DNA of 64,000 nucleotides from a virus. Location: IMG/VR virus record IMGVR_UViG_3300020411_000003; one strand, 5' to 3'. Each line of letters starts with the position of its first letter. The stretch's first letter is position 1. The position numbers were made by a program, and so were the translations under genes. This document shows positions 50,901 to 59,310 of the stretch, one piece after another. The notes beneath the pieces were generated by a model. The model was not told the DNA's origin. It did no database searches and saw only the letters and a list, made by a program, of their open reading frames with translations.

Positions 50901-51266
50901 AAGATCGTCAACAGCACGATCAACGTCTTCATTAGACTTTTTTACTTCTTCTTCAGCCTCCTCAGTCTGTTTCTTTGTTCTAGGAAAATTTGCAGCAAAT
51001 CTACTTGCTTTACTAGCTGCTCTATCAGTTTTCCTGGCATCAGAATTTGGATTAAGAGTGCCTATTGTTCTGGCAAAGAAGTCTCCACCAAATTCACTTA
51101 CTAATGCCTTACCAAATAAATTACCACTATTAGCAACATTCAGACCAGCTTGTCTATCCCTCTCCTGTGACTCTGCCTCGTCTCTAGCCATGCCAGCAGC
51201 AGACATTACCTTACCTGCTATCCACTGGGAAGTATCACCTCTAACTGTTGACTGATATCTAGCCAT
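47922..51266 (-). CDS. tape-measure-like virion protein with M23-like and GH24 lysozyme domains
   Basis: IKEHEGLRLDAYYDNNDNLTIGYGHL; GNVVIIR...ALYAHF...VKEGKKVRRGQYLG. Confidence 0.7.
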   Translation of the reverse strand: MARYQSTVRGDTSQWIAGKVMSAAGMARDEAESQERDRQAGLNVANSGNLFGKALVSEFGGDFFARTIGTLNPNSDARKTDRAASKASRFAANFPRTKKQTEEAEEEVKKSNEDVDRAVDDLLANDDHIPVKDEKLREYVARVFGGGIDAKLALVDQRVSKSLNLLSDIRTSHQHSIDLMIDHNELIAGKLDKVLNLYQQQFEFQNILKDKSQVARAENQLELTRDLSRTRRYTGFGTGTETGQWIFGALSDIVGRKIANAVFDKLGLKKAANAIKSRLGVRGFGRRRLATATGEIIGGKNFRKILMRFGPEYAGAYLTRQLGKPRFKKYLETGLGRTSIRKHQKTILSPKGLARLDATLKSGIPEELLGDFGDAKILKDRAARAARAGQKSGVQQMINKGLISPELVKGMKGVSADIAPQMGLPPSISRKVPYLGSDVGSRVIQKKFASSAGKKATKKVATKAGAKALGKSSKFIPGVGTFIALGEAGYRFSQGDTTGGILSLLSAVPILGWGVTAVDIGRDLGFNPLGLPPPPDANDRLNYTASGGRIDQFEQGNPYGLTRRGDSMMHGTELIQAVDPKSGMTTSHIKNIGDTLVSTSVAMARDLRVDRDISNTVSSLPFAVRNIRYNTGIKTAPVKSRATTETYLERTDSLSAWAKEQFDKNRKKEEVEPEENNGEGGFQPIKMFGKWLQSFGGDGDHPNPTTITFTGKQGLDRSGEPGVDFSYGDYTKNYSLFDGTVVKTGHQSTNYGNVVIIRSTDPTNGKEFDALYAHFPDGGIKVKEGKKVRRGQYLGQVGFVSAPSGEPELQPNGAGRMSGYHTSVDFYEPDSTATYSNASFLTNLIIKSEGLSPKRNDLLGGIEQKDYTFEKEMIKEHEGLRLDAYYDNNDNLTIGYGHLIDEDSPVYGLKEGDVITQEKANELFEMDFKHHLEAAMNLPGWAEASERQRAALIDLVFNMGPYFLDAFPSMEEALKNGDFEEAARQLQFADPVNRPGVESKWMNDVGERRSSPILNLLRDNPIDYDESPHHNDIKDLQVNNNLQTEILSAINLMNDNRLLDDSKLFSQIEEDSNTLQIVMLNNTIVNNQTVKRKNNVIASNNNSLEMFKLAKLVG

Positions 51267-51402
51267 TCTGTGCCTGTTGCTTTTGTTTGACTTCTTCTAG
51301 ATATTGCATCAAGAACGCTACATAAACTTCACGTTCCCATGGCATCCAATTCTCTACTTCGGTCAAACTATATTTATGGTACTGCATCAGAGCAAAATTC
51401 AT
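51259..51402 (-). CDS. gp51: gp51-like baseplate hub assembly protein (47 aa from the first ATG; frame open back to the gp26 slippery site)
   Basis: Manual translation MNFALMQYHKYSLTEVENWMPWEREVYV...; not in the ORF track. Confidence 0.8.
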   Translation of the reverse strand: MNFALMQYHKYSLTEVENWMPWEREVYVAFLMQYLEEVKQKQQAQNG

Positions 51403-51404
51403 TC

Positions 51405-51450
51405 TATAGTACCCCTCCAGGTTATTATGGAAGAGTGCTATACGAAAAAA
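51405..51450 (-). other. candidate -1 programmed frameshift signal (T-TTT-TTC plus hairpin)
   Basis: Heptamer at 51450-51444 is in the gp26 frame; hairpin TATAGCACTCTTCC/GGAGGGGTACTATA. Confidence 0.6.
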
Positions 51451-52151
51451 CTCTGTAATCCCTCCAAAGTATACTCAGATTCAACTCCAGTCTTGGGATT
51501 AGTCACTTTAAACGTATGACGCAATTTTGGAGATGTTTCATAGAATTGTTGAATTGACTCAAATTGCTTAGTAGTCAATCCTTCGACAAATTGCCGAAAT
51601 TCCTTCTTTGTAGTAGTTGTAGAGTCAAATACCTCTTCAGAGTCATATATCTGATCTATGCTTTCAGCAATTAAATCAAAAACTTGCTCAGTATCCAATT
51701 CTTTCTGTAAAAAGTCTAATTCGATGAATCTCTGCATACTTGGATATTTCATCACAATACCCATTTCATCAGTCAACTCAATTTTGTTAGTATGACCTTC
51801 TGGTTTGAAAACATTGATATCATCAATATTAATGACTGTTTCTGCTTTTGTCTCATTATCATCAAGACAAGTTACAGTCAAAGTGATGCTTTCTCCAATA
51901 GAAGCACCTCTAATCTTCAAAAAGAGATATTCCAAATCAAACAAAGGTAGCGTATCCACCTTAATTCTCGAAATAACGCAATTTTTGATTAAATCCTTAA
52001 CAGCAGATGTAATCTGTTTTTCGTCTTCTGCCTCTAATGCTAGTAAAAGTACTTTTTCCTCTTTTACTAAAAATGGTCGATATTTAACAGTTTTGCCTGT
52101 AGAAGGCAATTCTAATTCATAGGTAGGATAACCAACTTTCGGTAATGCCAT
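51438..52151 (-). CDS. gp26: baseplate hub assembly chaperone gp26
   Basis: PTYELELPSTGKTVKYRPFLVKEEKVLL...DLEYLFLKIRGASIGE. Confidence 0.9.
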   Translation of the reverse strand: MALPKVGYPTYELELPSTGKTVKYRPFLVKEEKVLLLALEAEDEKQITSAVKDLIKNCVISRIKVDTLPLFDLEYLFLKIRGASIGESITLTVTCLDDNETKAETVINIDDINVFKPEGHTNKIELTDEMGIVMKYPSMQRFIELDFLQKELDTEQVFDLIAESIDQIYDSEEVFDSTTTTKKEFRQFVEGLTTKQFESIQQFYETSPKLRHTFKVTNPKTGVESEYTLEGLQSFFV

Positions 52152-52171
52152 AAAAACTAATTCAAGTCGTA

Positions 52172-52179
52172 TATTTATA
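52172..52179 (-). promoter_or_regulatory. T4-type late promoter TATAAATA
   Basis: Exact consensus 20 nt upstream of gp26, within an AAGTCG/CGACTT hairpin. Confidence 0.75.
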
Positions 52180-52252
52180 TATAGCGACTTTTTCAGAGAA
52201 AAATGTGCGGAGATTTTTTTCCCGATTTTATGGAATCGAAAATCCGAATTTG

Positions 52253-52960
52253 CTAGCCTGGTGGGAGTCTTCCTGTTCTATCAAAAAATTCGGTGGCAGT
52301 TTCTTCTTTCTTTGCTTGAGCCATATTTTTATTTTGATTCACTTCAGAGAAAATTACCGAATGTCTTACGTAATGAAAGTTAACAGTGACTCTGGTGACC
52401 TGAGAGGATCCATAAGACAAAGGAACAGCATCTATAGCATAAGGATAAGAACCTTCCAACATATATGTAATTGAAGGTCTATCACCATACCCAACATAAT
52501 TTGACGCATTTGTAGTACCTAATTCAACCTTAGTAATCCTAGTTGTACAGGTATAAGTTTCAGGATAAGAAAGTCTAGTCTTTCTCTCTCTTGTCCTAGT
52601 TCCTTGAGACATCATATTTTCAACGTCAGCAGCCTCAAGAATTTGTTGATTATCAAGAAAAATTTGATCATACCACTGCTGAAAAAACTTTAACTGAGTC
52701 AAGTTTGCATCACAAAGGAATCCCAGAGACACATCAGTGAACAATCTGGTATGCGGATATTGATAAGGACCTTCACCTAAAAATCGTCCTGTCATCTGTG
52801 CGGTAGCAGCCTGTACGTTAGGCAACTGTGCTTCATCACAGAACAAAGTTAGGTCTTCACCATCCCCACCTGGCCTATCAAATTTTACGAGATAGGTAGT
52901 CGTACGGGATATTCCCCCACGAGCTCCTATTTTTCCCATTAAGTTCTCTATGCTTGACAC
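52253..52960 (-). CDS. tail-tube-family protein (gp54/gp19-like tube initiator)
   Basis: FCDEAQLPNV...YPYAIDAVPLSYGSSQVTRVTVNFHY. Confidence 0.7.
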   Translation of the reverse strand: MSSIENLMGKIGARGGISRTTTYLVKFDRPGGDGEDLTLFCDEAQLPNVQAATAQMTGRFLGEGPYQYPHTRLFTDVSLGFLCDANLTQLKFFQQWYDQIFLDNQQILEAADVENMMSQGTRTRERKTRLSYPETYTCTTRITKVELGTTNASNYVGYGDRPSITYMLEGSYPYAIDAVPLSYGSSQVTRVTVNFHYVRHSVIFSEVNQNKNMAQAKKEETATEFFDRTGRLPPG

Positions 52961-52991
52961 ACTAAATAAAAACGTGGAATCTATATTATAT

Positions 52992-53429
52992 ATGGCAAAG
53001 ACAGGACTCTATAAGCCCAATAACCCTAAAAAGTATAAAGGTAATCCTACCACTATCATTTATAGGTCATCTTGGGAACAAAAATTCATGAGGTTCTGTG
53101 ATAGAACAAACTCTATCATAGAGTGGGGAAGCGAAGAGTATATTATACCTTACAGGTGTCCTACAGATAACAAAGTCCATCGGTACTATCCTGACTTTTA
53201 TATTAAAGTTCGTAAAAAGGATGGAACGTACGCTAAGTACATAATCGAAATCAAACCGAAGAAACAAACGAAACCACCGTATGATCATAAAGATAAAAGA
53301 ACATCTGCTTACAAAAAAGCTTGTCTAACGTTCGCTAAAAACCGTGCCAAATGGGATGCTGCCGAAGACTACTGTGAGGATAGGCAGATGGGTTTCCTTA
53401 TATTAACTGAAGAAAACCTAGGAGTGTAG
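52992..53429 (+). CDS. gp4: head completion nuclease gp4 (TnsA-like)
   Basis: YKGNPTTIIYRSSWE, WGSEE, HRYYPDF, AKWDAA; start moved to the ATG at 52992. Confidence 0.9.
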   Translation: MAKTGLYKPNNPKKYKGNPTTIIYRSSWEQKFMRFCDRTNSIIEWGSEEYIIPYRCPTDNKVHRYYPDFYIKVRKKDGTYAKYIIEIKPKKQTKPPYDHKDKRTSAYKKACLTFAKNRAKWDAAEDYCEDRQMGFLILTEENLGV

Positions 53430-53440
53430 GAGTATGAAAA

Positions 53441-54127
53441 ATGGCACAAGGATTTGGAGAGATACAGCGATCTGCTGTAAAAGAATCTACTGGTTATGAA
53501 ACAATCTTTGAGAAAGTATCTCAAAAGACTGGAGGTGAGAAGAAATCCCTTACATGGTACAGAAATACTGTAAGGGAAGAAGTAATTAGATTTAAAAAGG
53601 ATCATAAAAAATTCATTCGTGATGAGAGATATGATTCTTTTGACCCCGAAGATGAGCAAGACGCAAATGTATTGAGAAGATATGCAGTGCAAGGTCACAT
53701 GTACCTCTTCGAATACAAAGCACAATCTAAATATCTACCATATTGGGACAAGTTTCCGCTTGTTTATTGTATTAAGTCTGAACCAAATGAATTCTTTGGA
53801 GCTAACTTACATTACATGACACCTAAGAAAAGGATACTTGCTATAAGAGATCTAATGAATGGAAGGATCAACCTACCTAAGGCTTGCTTCCATAAATACC
53901 TTAAGTCTAATGTGGACGGTCTTTTATTAGATCTATCTGCTGAAGAATGGGATACGGCAATCCTCCTCCCAGTTGAAGATTTTGTTATAACTAGAAAAGG
54001 TTCAGAGTATAACTTCTCTAAAGAAGATGTCTGGAGTGATACCAATGAAAACTTCTACGACAAAATCAAAGCACGTAGAATGATCAGAGGATATGGAACA
54101 GAAAAATCAGTATCTATGGCAAAATGA
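53441..54127 (+). CDS. gp2: DNA end protector gp2
   Basis: LPYWDKFPLV, FFGANLHY, PKACFHKYL. Confidence 0.85.
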   Translation: MAQGFGEIQRSAVKESTGYETIFEKVSQKTGGEKKSLTWYRNTVREEVIRFKKDHKKFIRDERYDSFDPEDEQDANVLRRYAVQGHMYLFEYKAQSKYLPYWDKFPLVYCIKSEPNEFFGANLHYMTPKKRILAIRDLMNGRINLPKACFHKYLKSNVDGLLLDLSAEEWDTAILLPVEDFVITRKGSEYNFSKEDVWSDTNENFYDKIKARRMIRGYGTEKSVSMAK

Positions 54128-55485
54128 GAATAAAGATAGATAAAATTCCTGAAACAGCTGAATATCTTGGTAATGATGCGAAAGACAATATCAATATCAG
54201 TGGTGGGACACGAAGGGATTACTATTATGATCCAGCAACTGAAACATACTATGTCAAAGAGTTTGATGGTAGTCTACCATGGAAGCATTATATAGCAGGT
54301 GATTCTGATATTGCAACAGTTAAAGAAGATTTTGCTGCTGATTTAATAAGAATAACTGATGCATATAACGATAGAGATACTACTATTGAAACAGATGATA
54401 CTTCTGGTGATGAACTAGTCCAAGAATTTAATCTAACAAATGATAGTGCATACTTACAACTAGCACAAGCAACAAGAAAGGACGGGAAAGATAGAACTAT
54501 AGTACCTATTCCAAAAGGTAATCATGATGGTGATGCTGGTACTAGTTTAAGATATCCTAACTCAGATTATTTTGAAAAAGATTCAGACTATATGATGTTT
54601 GAATTTGGTAAATATATACCACCATTTTTACCAGAAAATGTTCAAGATAGATTAGGAAGTGGTACAGCAGGAAGAAACGAAGACATATCTAGTAGATATA
54701 TTGGATACAATCAGTCAGCAACAAACTTCAAACCAATAACAGATAGTAAAAGATATAGACCAGTCATTCTATACATGCCTCAAGATATATCAACTGAGGT
54801 AAAAACATCATGGAATGCTAAAGCATTCAGTAGTATGGGTAGAGGTCTTGTTGCTGCTGCTAATGGTGACTTTAGTAAACTAGGAGATTACAATGTTCCT
54901 AACGGTTTAAAGAGTACGTTTGCAAGTTTGTTTACTCAAGGTATTAACTCAATTCCTGGTGTTGCTGGAAACTTATCATTAAATGACGTTACTGGATCAA
55001 CCAGAGGTGTGATATTAAACCCAAACGTAGAAGTATTATTTGACCAACCAGATCTAAGAGAGTTTGGATTAAAGTTTAAGATGACTCCTCATAATGCAGA
55101 AGAAGCAAAGATTATCAGATCAATCTGTAGAACATTTCAAAGAGCATCACTACCAGGTTTTGGTGATGAGAACGCAGGTTCTTGGTTAGATAAAGACGGT
55201 GGCAATGATGCTAAAGGATCTGATAAAGTTTCTATTGGTGGAGGAAACATGATCACAGTACCACACATGTGTAGAGTATCTTTCATGAAAGGTTCAGGTT
55301 TACACCCATACTTGACACAATATAAAACATGTGCAATCACTAGAGTACAAGTAAACTATACACCTGACGGAAACTATGCAACCTATGCAGATGGTGCTCC
55401 AGTTGCAACAGAGATATCACTAGACTTTCTAGAGACAAAACTCATCTTCGACCAAGAAATATCAAATAATTCATCGAGTCTATAA
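54124..55485 (+). CDS. gp48: baseplate tail-tube cap gp48 with N-terminal extension
   Basis: VILYMPQDIS, LNPNVEVLFDQPDLREF, KMTPHNAEEA, VNYTPDG. Confidence 0.85.
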   Translation: MRIKIDKIPETAEYLGNDAKDNINISGGTRRDYYYDPATETYYVKEFDGSLPWKHYIAGDSDIATVKEDFAADLIRITDAYNDRDTTIETDDTSGDELVQEFNLTNDSAYLQLAQATRKDGKDRTIVPIPKGNHDGDAGTSLRYPNSDYFEKDSDYMMFEFGKYIPPFLPENVQDRLGSGTAGRNEDISSRYIGYNQSATNFKPITDSKRYRPVILYMPQDISTEVKTSWNAKAFSSMGRGLVAAANGDFSKLGDYNVPNGLKSTFASLFTQGINSIPGVAGNLSLNDVTGSTRGVILNPNVEVLFDQPDLREFGLKFKMTPHNAEEAKIIRSICRTFQRASLPGFGDENAGSWLDKDGGNDAKGSDKVSIGGGNMITVPHMCRVSFMKGSGLHPYLTQYKTCAITRVQVNYTPDGNYATYADGAPVATEISLDFLETKLIFDQEISNNSSSL

Positions 55486-56138
55486 TGTTTTTCAGATTAT
55501 TACCAAGTATAGAATACACCAAGTCTCCCATCAGTTATCCGTTCTCGGAATCTGATTATGTTGTTGCGACAAACTTCTTCAAGAAGTATACAATCGATGA
55601 AAACATATTTGAATACGCAGTATACTTTGACAAGTATGTCATACAGACTGGTGAAAGATTAGATACTATTGCAATGAAGTTCTATAAAAATCCTTTCTAT
55701 GATTGGGTGATAGCAATAACAAATAACATGGTGAATCCTGGATATGATTTACCAATGGATGATAATGCTATCAGAATATATGCTGAAGACAAATATGATG
55801 ATCCTTACTCTGGCACACATCACTATGAAACAATTGAATATAAAAGCGTACAAGATGTAGTACTACAACCTGCTGGTCTCTATGTTGATGAGAACTTCTA
55901 TACAAGTAGTCATACCTTCAACAACGGAGCAAGTCTAGTTACTATACCTGGTTCTACATTATCAAGACCAGTGAACAACTATGAGTATGAGATACAGAAG
56001 AACGAAAAGAACAGAGAGATCTATCTCTTACAACCAGCACTGGTAGGTGCATTTGTTAGTAGTTTCAAAAAATCTAACAAATACACAGAGTCTAGTGACT
56101 ATATTAATAAGAACTTAAAGAAAACAAATCGTATATGA
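55485..56138 (+). CDS. gp53: baseplate wedge gp53
   Basis: MFFRLLPSIEY, GERLDTIAMKFY...YDWVIAITNN, THHYET. Confidence 0.85.
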   Translation: MFFRLLPSIEYTKSPISYPFSESDYVVATNFFKKYTIDENIFEYAVYFDKYVIQTGERLDTIAMKFYKNPFYDWVIAITNNMVNPGYDLPMDDNAIRIYAEDKYDDPYSGTHHYETIEYKSVQDVVLQPAGLYVDENFYTSSHTFNNGASLVTIPGSTLSRPVNNYEYEIQKNEKNREIYLLQPALVGAFVSSFKKSNKYTESSDYINKNLKKTNRI

Positions 56139-56416
56139 TATTTTGGATTGGTTTCACTCTCATGTTTCTTAATGAGGGTTTCGTCATGATGAGACATGTA
56201 TCACCACTCTTTGCACAGATCAGAGAGGAACTCATCAAAGACTTAGGTGATACTTGGCAGAAGATTCATTCAACCTTAGACTGGTTGTGGATCTTCTTTG
56301 TTGTGTTAGGATTAATATTCACACAGCACAGAGCACTTGATGTGTTTGCACTCGTAACATTCTGGAGTGCAGCACTGTGTTTAATTTACATACCTAAATG
56401 GTTGAAAGACTTTTAG
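56135..56416 (+). CDS. conserved membrane protein
   Basis: MFLNEGFVMMRHVSP; three hydrophobic segments. Confidence 0.7.
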   Translation: MIFWIGFTLMFLNEGFVMMRHVSPLFAQIREELIKDLGDTWQKIHSTLDWLWIFFVVLGLIFTQHRALDVFALVTFWSAALCLIYIPKWLKDF

Positions 56417-56417
56417 A

Positions 56418-56476
56418 CAAAAAAATACCCCGAAAAAATTTTCGGGGTTTTATGTAATTGAAATATCAATTTTGGA
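56418..56476. terminator. palindromic element ACCCCG-AAAAAATTTT-CGGGGT between convergent genes
   Basis: Hairpin flanked by A and T tracts. Confidence 0.6.
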
Positions 56477-56872
56477 TTAAGGTGCTGGTTGTTGTGGAAC
56501 AGGTTGTAAAGTTACCATACCTTCGTACACTACTGGTGGTTCTGGATCAGGACAGCATGGCATGTCTTGATGTGCATGCTCCATCAAATGCTCAACCTTT
56601 TGGTTAAGTTCTTCAAGTAATTGAATGACATAATCTACACGAGGATCTTCAACAGGTGCATCTGATGGTGCTGTGAAAGTTCCATCTGGTCCTGTTGTAA
56701 TGACCACGTTAGGATCATCTGCAACAGCAGTTGGATCTGGGTAAGGTACATTCACAACGCCATCAGGAGTATCAGGTGCGATGTTCTCTGGATACAAACC
56801 AGGTTGCTCTGTTACTTCAGTGCCTGGAATTGGTTCGTTGTTGTACTCAGGTGTAAAGTTTGAATTAGTCAT
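56477..56872 (-). CDS. Pro/acidic low-complexity hypothetical protein
   Basis: 131-aa ORF. Confidence 0.6.
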   Translation of the reverse strand: MTNSNFTPEYNNEPIPGTEVTEQPGLYPENIAPDTPDGVVNVPYPDPTAVADDPNVVITTGPDGTFTAPSDAPVEDPRVDYVIQLLEELNQKVEHLMEHAHQDMPCCPDPEPPVVYEGMVTLQPVPQQPAP

Positions 56873-56877
56873 TGATT

Positions 56878-57093
56878 TTACTTAGAGATTAGTTCGGTTA
56901 GTTCTTCCTCCCTATGCTTTGTAGCACGGTCAGGATAGATTCTTTTATCATCATGTTCATACAAAGATGTCAATGATGTAAGGTCAGGTGGTGCTGCACC
57001 ACTCAAGACAGCAGAACCAGTGGCAACTACACCTATCGTCAGTGTAGTGGCAACCATGGTCGCTTCCATGAGTTGCAATAGTTCGACTAGCAT
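56878..57093 (-). CDS. hypothetical membrane protein
   Basis: ORF with a hydrophobic helix; promoter upstream. Confidence 0.55.
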   Translation of the reverse strand: MLVELLQLMEATMVATTLTIGVVATGSAVLSGAAPPDLTSLTSLYEHDDKRIYPDRATKHREEELTELISK

Positions 57094-57118
57094 TTCTTTA
57101 TTTAGTTTCTATAGGCAT

Positions 57119-57172
57119 ATTATACAGAAAAAAAGGAGTGTTTGACCACTCCTTGTGACAGTTATTCATCTG
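57119..57172 (-). promoter_or_regulatory. CAGAT-N4-AACTG box, terminator hairpin GGAGTG/CACTCC-T7, and TATAAT, overlapping
   Basis: Read directly. Confidence 0.55.
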
Positions 57173-57398
57173 TCTTAAACTCTTCACTCCAAGCATCTAT
57201 AAACTGTCTCCTCTGTTCCCATGTCTGACCACTAGTAGATCCTTTACAGGGATTGATGCATGTTTCATCACCAAATTGATTACATACTAAACCTGCTAGA
57301 TCATGTGGACATCCTACCTTACCTGTTGACCAATAAAGTTCTCCTCCATACCATTTTGCTTCACACTTTGGACACGTTGCGTTGCTGTAAGAATCCAT
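57162..57398 (-). CDS. Cys-rich conserved cyanophage protein
   Basis: CPKC...W...DLAGLVCNQFGDETCINP. Confidence 0.7.
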   Translation of the reverse strand: MDSYSNATCPKCEAKWYGGELYWSTGKVGCPHDLAGLVCNQFGDETCINPCKGSTSGQTWEQRRQFIDAWSEEFKTDE

Positions 57399-57577
57399 TC
57401 TCCACTCCTGTCTTTATTCCAATGACGAATTACGCCTGCCATAATAAAACCATTAGTAATGAGATAACAAAAGAGTATAGAAGTACGTACCAGAACAACG
57501 TAGTTGTCGTAGCGTTTAGTTTTTTCGTCAGAGAAAGAACCCAATGCATACTTCCATATCCTCCATAATTTCTTCAC
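57314..57577 (-). CDS. conserved small membrane protein
   Basis: WRIWKYALGSFSDEKTKRYDN...AGVIRHWN. Confidence 0.65.
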   Translation of the reverse strand: MKKLWRIWKYALGSFSDEKTKRYDNYVVLVRTSILFCYLITNGFIMAGVIRHWNKDRSGEWILTATQRVQSVKQNGMEENFIGQQVR

Positions 57578-57756
57578 TAATAATCGTCCTCTTTACTTTC
57601 AATATATTCTTTGTTTCGTTTACATACACCATGTACATCAATCTCTTGATGCCAATGGGCTGTAGTATGTATACCTTCTATTAATAGTAGTATCATTAAT
57701 AGCATGACTGGTAGCATCCATAATGGATGACCAATAACCTCTTCAGTTGTTCTCAT
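57577..57756 (-). CDS. small membrane protein (59 aa, MRTTEEVIGHPLWMLPVMLL...)
   Basis: Manual translation; overlaps the pebS stop and the next start. Confidence 0.6.
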   Translation of the reverse strand: MRTTEEVIGHPLWMLPVMLLMILLLIEGIHTTAHWHQEIDVHGVCKRNKEYIESKEDDY

Positions 57757-58391
57757 TCTGCATACGAGAAGAAAAATTCATCCATCATTCGGTCAGCTTT
57801 TTCCTTACCAAAACGATGTGTCATGTATCCTAAAATAGGATCCAATTTCTTCATGTATATATCAAAGTCTTTGTAAAATGTTGTGTCTTCTCCTGTTGGT
57901 AATGCTTCATCAATCATACTACGATAGACCTCAAGATACTTTCTGAACTCAGGTAGATATGTATCAACCTCATCAAAGGTACAGTACCTTACAAAAATGT
58001 TCTCTGAAAAATGGTTGCCCATCTCAAAGAACCTGTAGTCTCTGTCTGCTTTAGGTAAATTGGGTAAAGAAAACAAAAACTTTTCAACTGGATGTTGGAA
58101 GTCAAATACTATGATGACTTTCTTTTGATGAAAACCCATGAGATCCATCCCAAAACAGGGAAGATAACTCCCTGTCTTAGGATAGATTACATTGTTATAG
58201 ATATCTGACTTTTCATTGTAGATATCTACTCGTCTTGACTTTATAAAATGAGGAGCAGTATAGATGTCTGCCGTTAAGGTCAGATCACCTTTACCTTTCC
58301 ACTCACACCACCGTGAATCAAATTTAAACTCAGGGAAAACATCATCAAGAACTTTTTTATAGTTGACCCAGAGGTCAACTGTGTTAGTCAT
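57753..58391 (-). CDS. pebS: phycoerythrobilin synthase (ferredoxin-dependent bilin reductase)
   Basis: IYPKTGSYLPCFGMDLM, IIVFDFQHP, YRFFEMGNHFSENIFVRYC, LDPILGYM. Confidence 0.9.
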   Translation of the reverse strand: MTNTVDLWVNYKKVLDDVFPEFKFDSRWCEWKGKGDLTLTADIYTAPHFIKSRRVDIYNEKSDIYNNVIYPKTGSYLPCFGMDLMGFHQKKVIIVFDFQHPVEKFLFSLPNLPKADRDYRFFEMGNHFSENIFVRYCTFDEVDTYLPEFRKYLEVYRSMIDEALPTGEDTTFYKDFDIYMKKLDPILGYMTHRFGKEKADRMMDEFFFSYAE

Positions 58392-59286
58392 CGGATGCTA
58401 GTGATGCAAAGTATGATAGTGCATCGTCATCCTCAACGACTGCTTCCTTCTTAACAGGACTCGTAGCAGCACCTACCTTCTCTCTAAAAGATGCAGTAGG
58501 AGGTGCAGCAATAGGAGTCTCAAGTTCCTCAACAACAGCACGTGCTGGAGCACGTTTACCTGTACCTAGAACAAGGTTCAATCTTGCTTCGAGGTCGTCG
58601 TAGGATTTGAAGTTGTCCTTTGCTGTAAATGCTTCGAGGGAGTGCTCCAACTTCCATGTTGCTTCCAGTTCAGAATCATCTGCACTAAGAGCACTAACAC
58701 TATCAAACTCACTGCTGTCATAGTTCCAATATCCTGCTACCTTTTTGATCTTCAACTTAAAGTTAGCACCTTCCCAAAGATCAAACACATTGATAGGTGT
58801 CTCATCTTGGAACTCAGGTTGCATTGCTGCAAGGATCTTGTCATGGATCTTCTTGCCATACTTGTACAAGAATACTTTACCCTCGTTCTCAGGGTTCTTT
58901 GGATCCTTTACAACATAGATGTTACTGTAGTAAGAAAGCTTACGCTTCTGCTTACGTGCAGTATCTTTGTCTTCTTCTGCTCCACTATTCCAAAGGCGAC
59001 GATTAACTTCACCAACTGGATCTTTCTCACCTAGTGTGGTAAGACTGTTCTCAATGTACCAACCACCTGGTCCTTGGAATGCATGGGAATAAACCTTTGC
59101 CCAAGGTACTGTTTCTCCATCAGGTGCTGGAAGAAATCTGATGACTGCATAACCGTTACCGCTTGCGTCAACTTCTGGTTTCCAGAAACGATCATCTGCA
59201 TTATTATTTGAAGATGATTTCTCTAGTTCCTTTTGAAGGAATTGAAAATTACTACTTGATTTTTTCTTTAATTCTGCGAAAGACAT
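58384..59286 (-). CDS. gp32: single-stranded DNA-binding protein gp32
   Basis: DDRFWKPEVDASGNGYAVIRFLPAP, HAFQGPGGWYIENSLTT; acidic tail. Confidence 0.97.
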   Translation of the reverse strand: MSFAELKKKSSSNFQFLQKELEKSSSNNNADDRFWKPEVDASGNGYAVIRFLPAPDGETVPWAKVYSHAFQGPGGWYIENSLTTLGEKDPVGEVNRRLWNSGAEEDKDTARKQKRKLSYYSNIYVVKDPKNPENEGKVFLYKYGKKIHDKILAAMQPEFQDETPINVFDLWEGANFKLKIKKVAGYWNYDSSEFDSVSALSADDSELEATWKLEHSLEAFTAKDNFKSYDDLEARLNLVLGTGKRAPARAVVEELETPIAAPPTASFREKVGAATSPVKKEAVVEDDDALSYFASLASDD

Positions 59287-59310
59287 ATTAGTTTAGATTC
59301 TATTGGATTT

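Noticed and set aside
53369-54045. Minus-strand ORFs of 118 and 77 aa
   Set aside because: Antisense to gp4 and gp2
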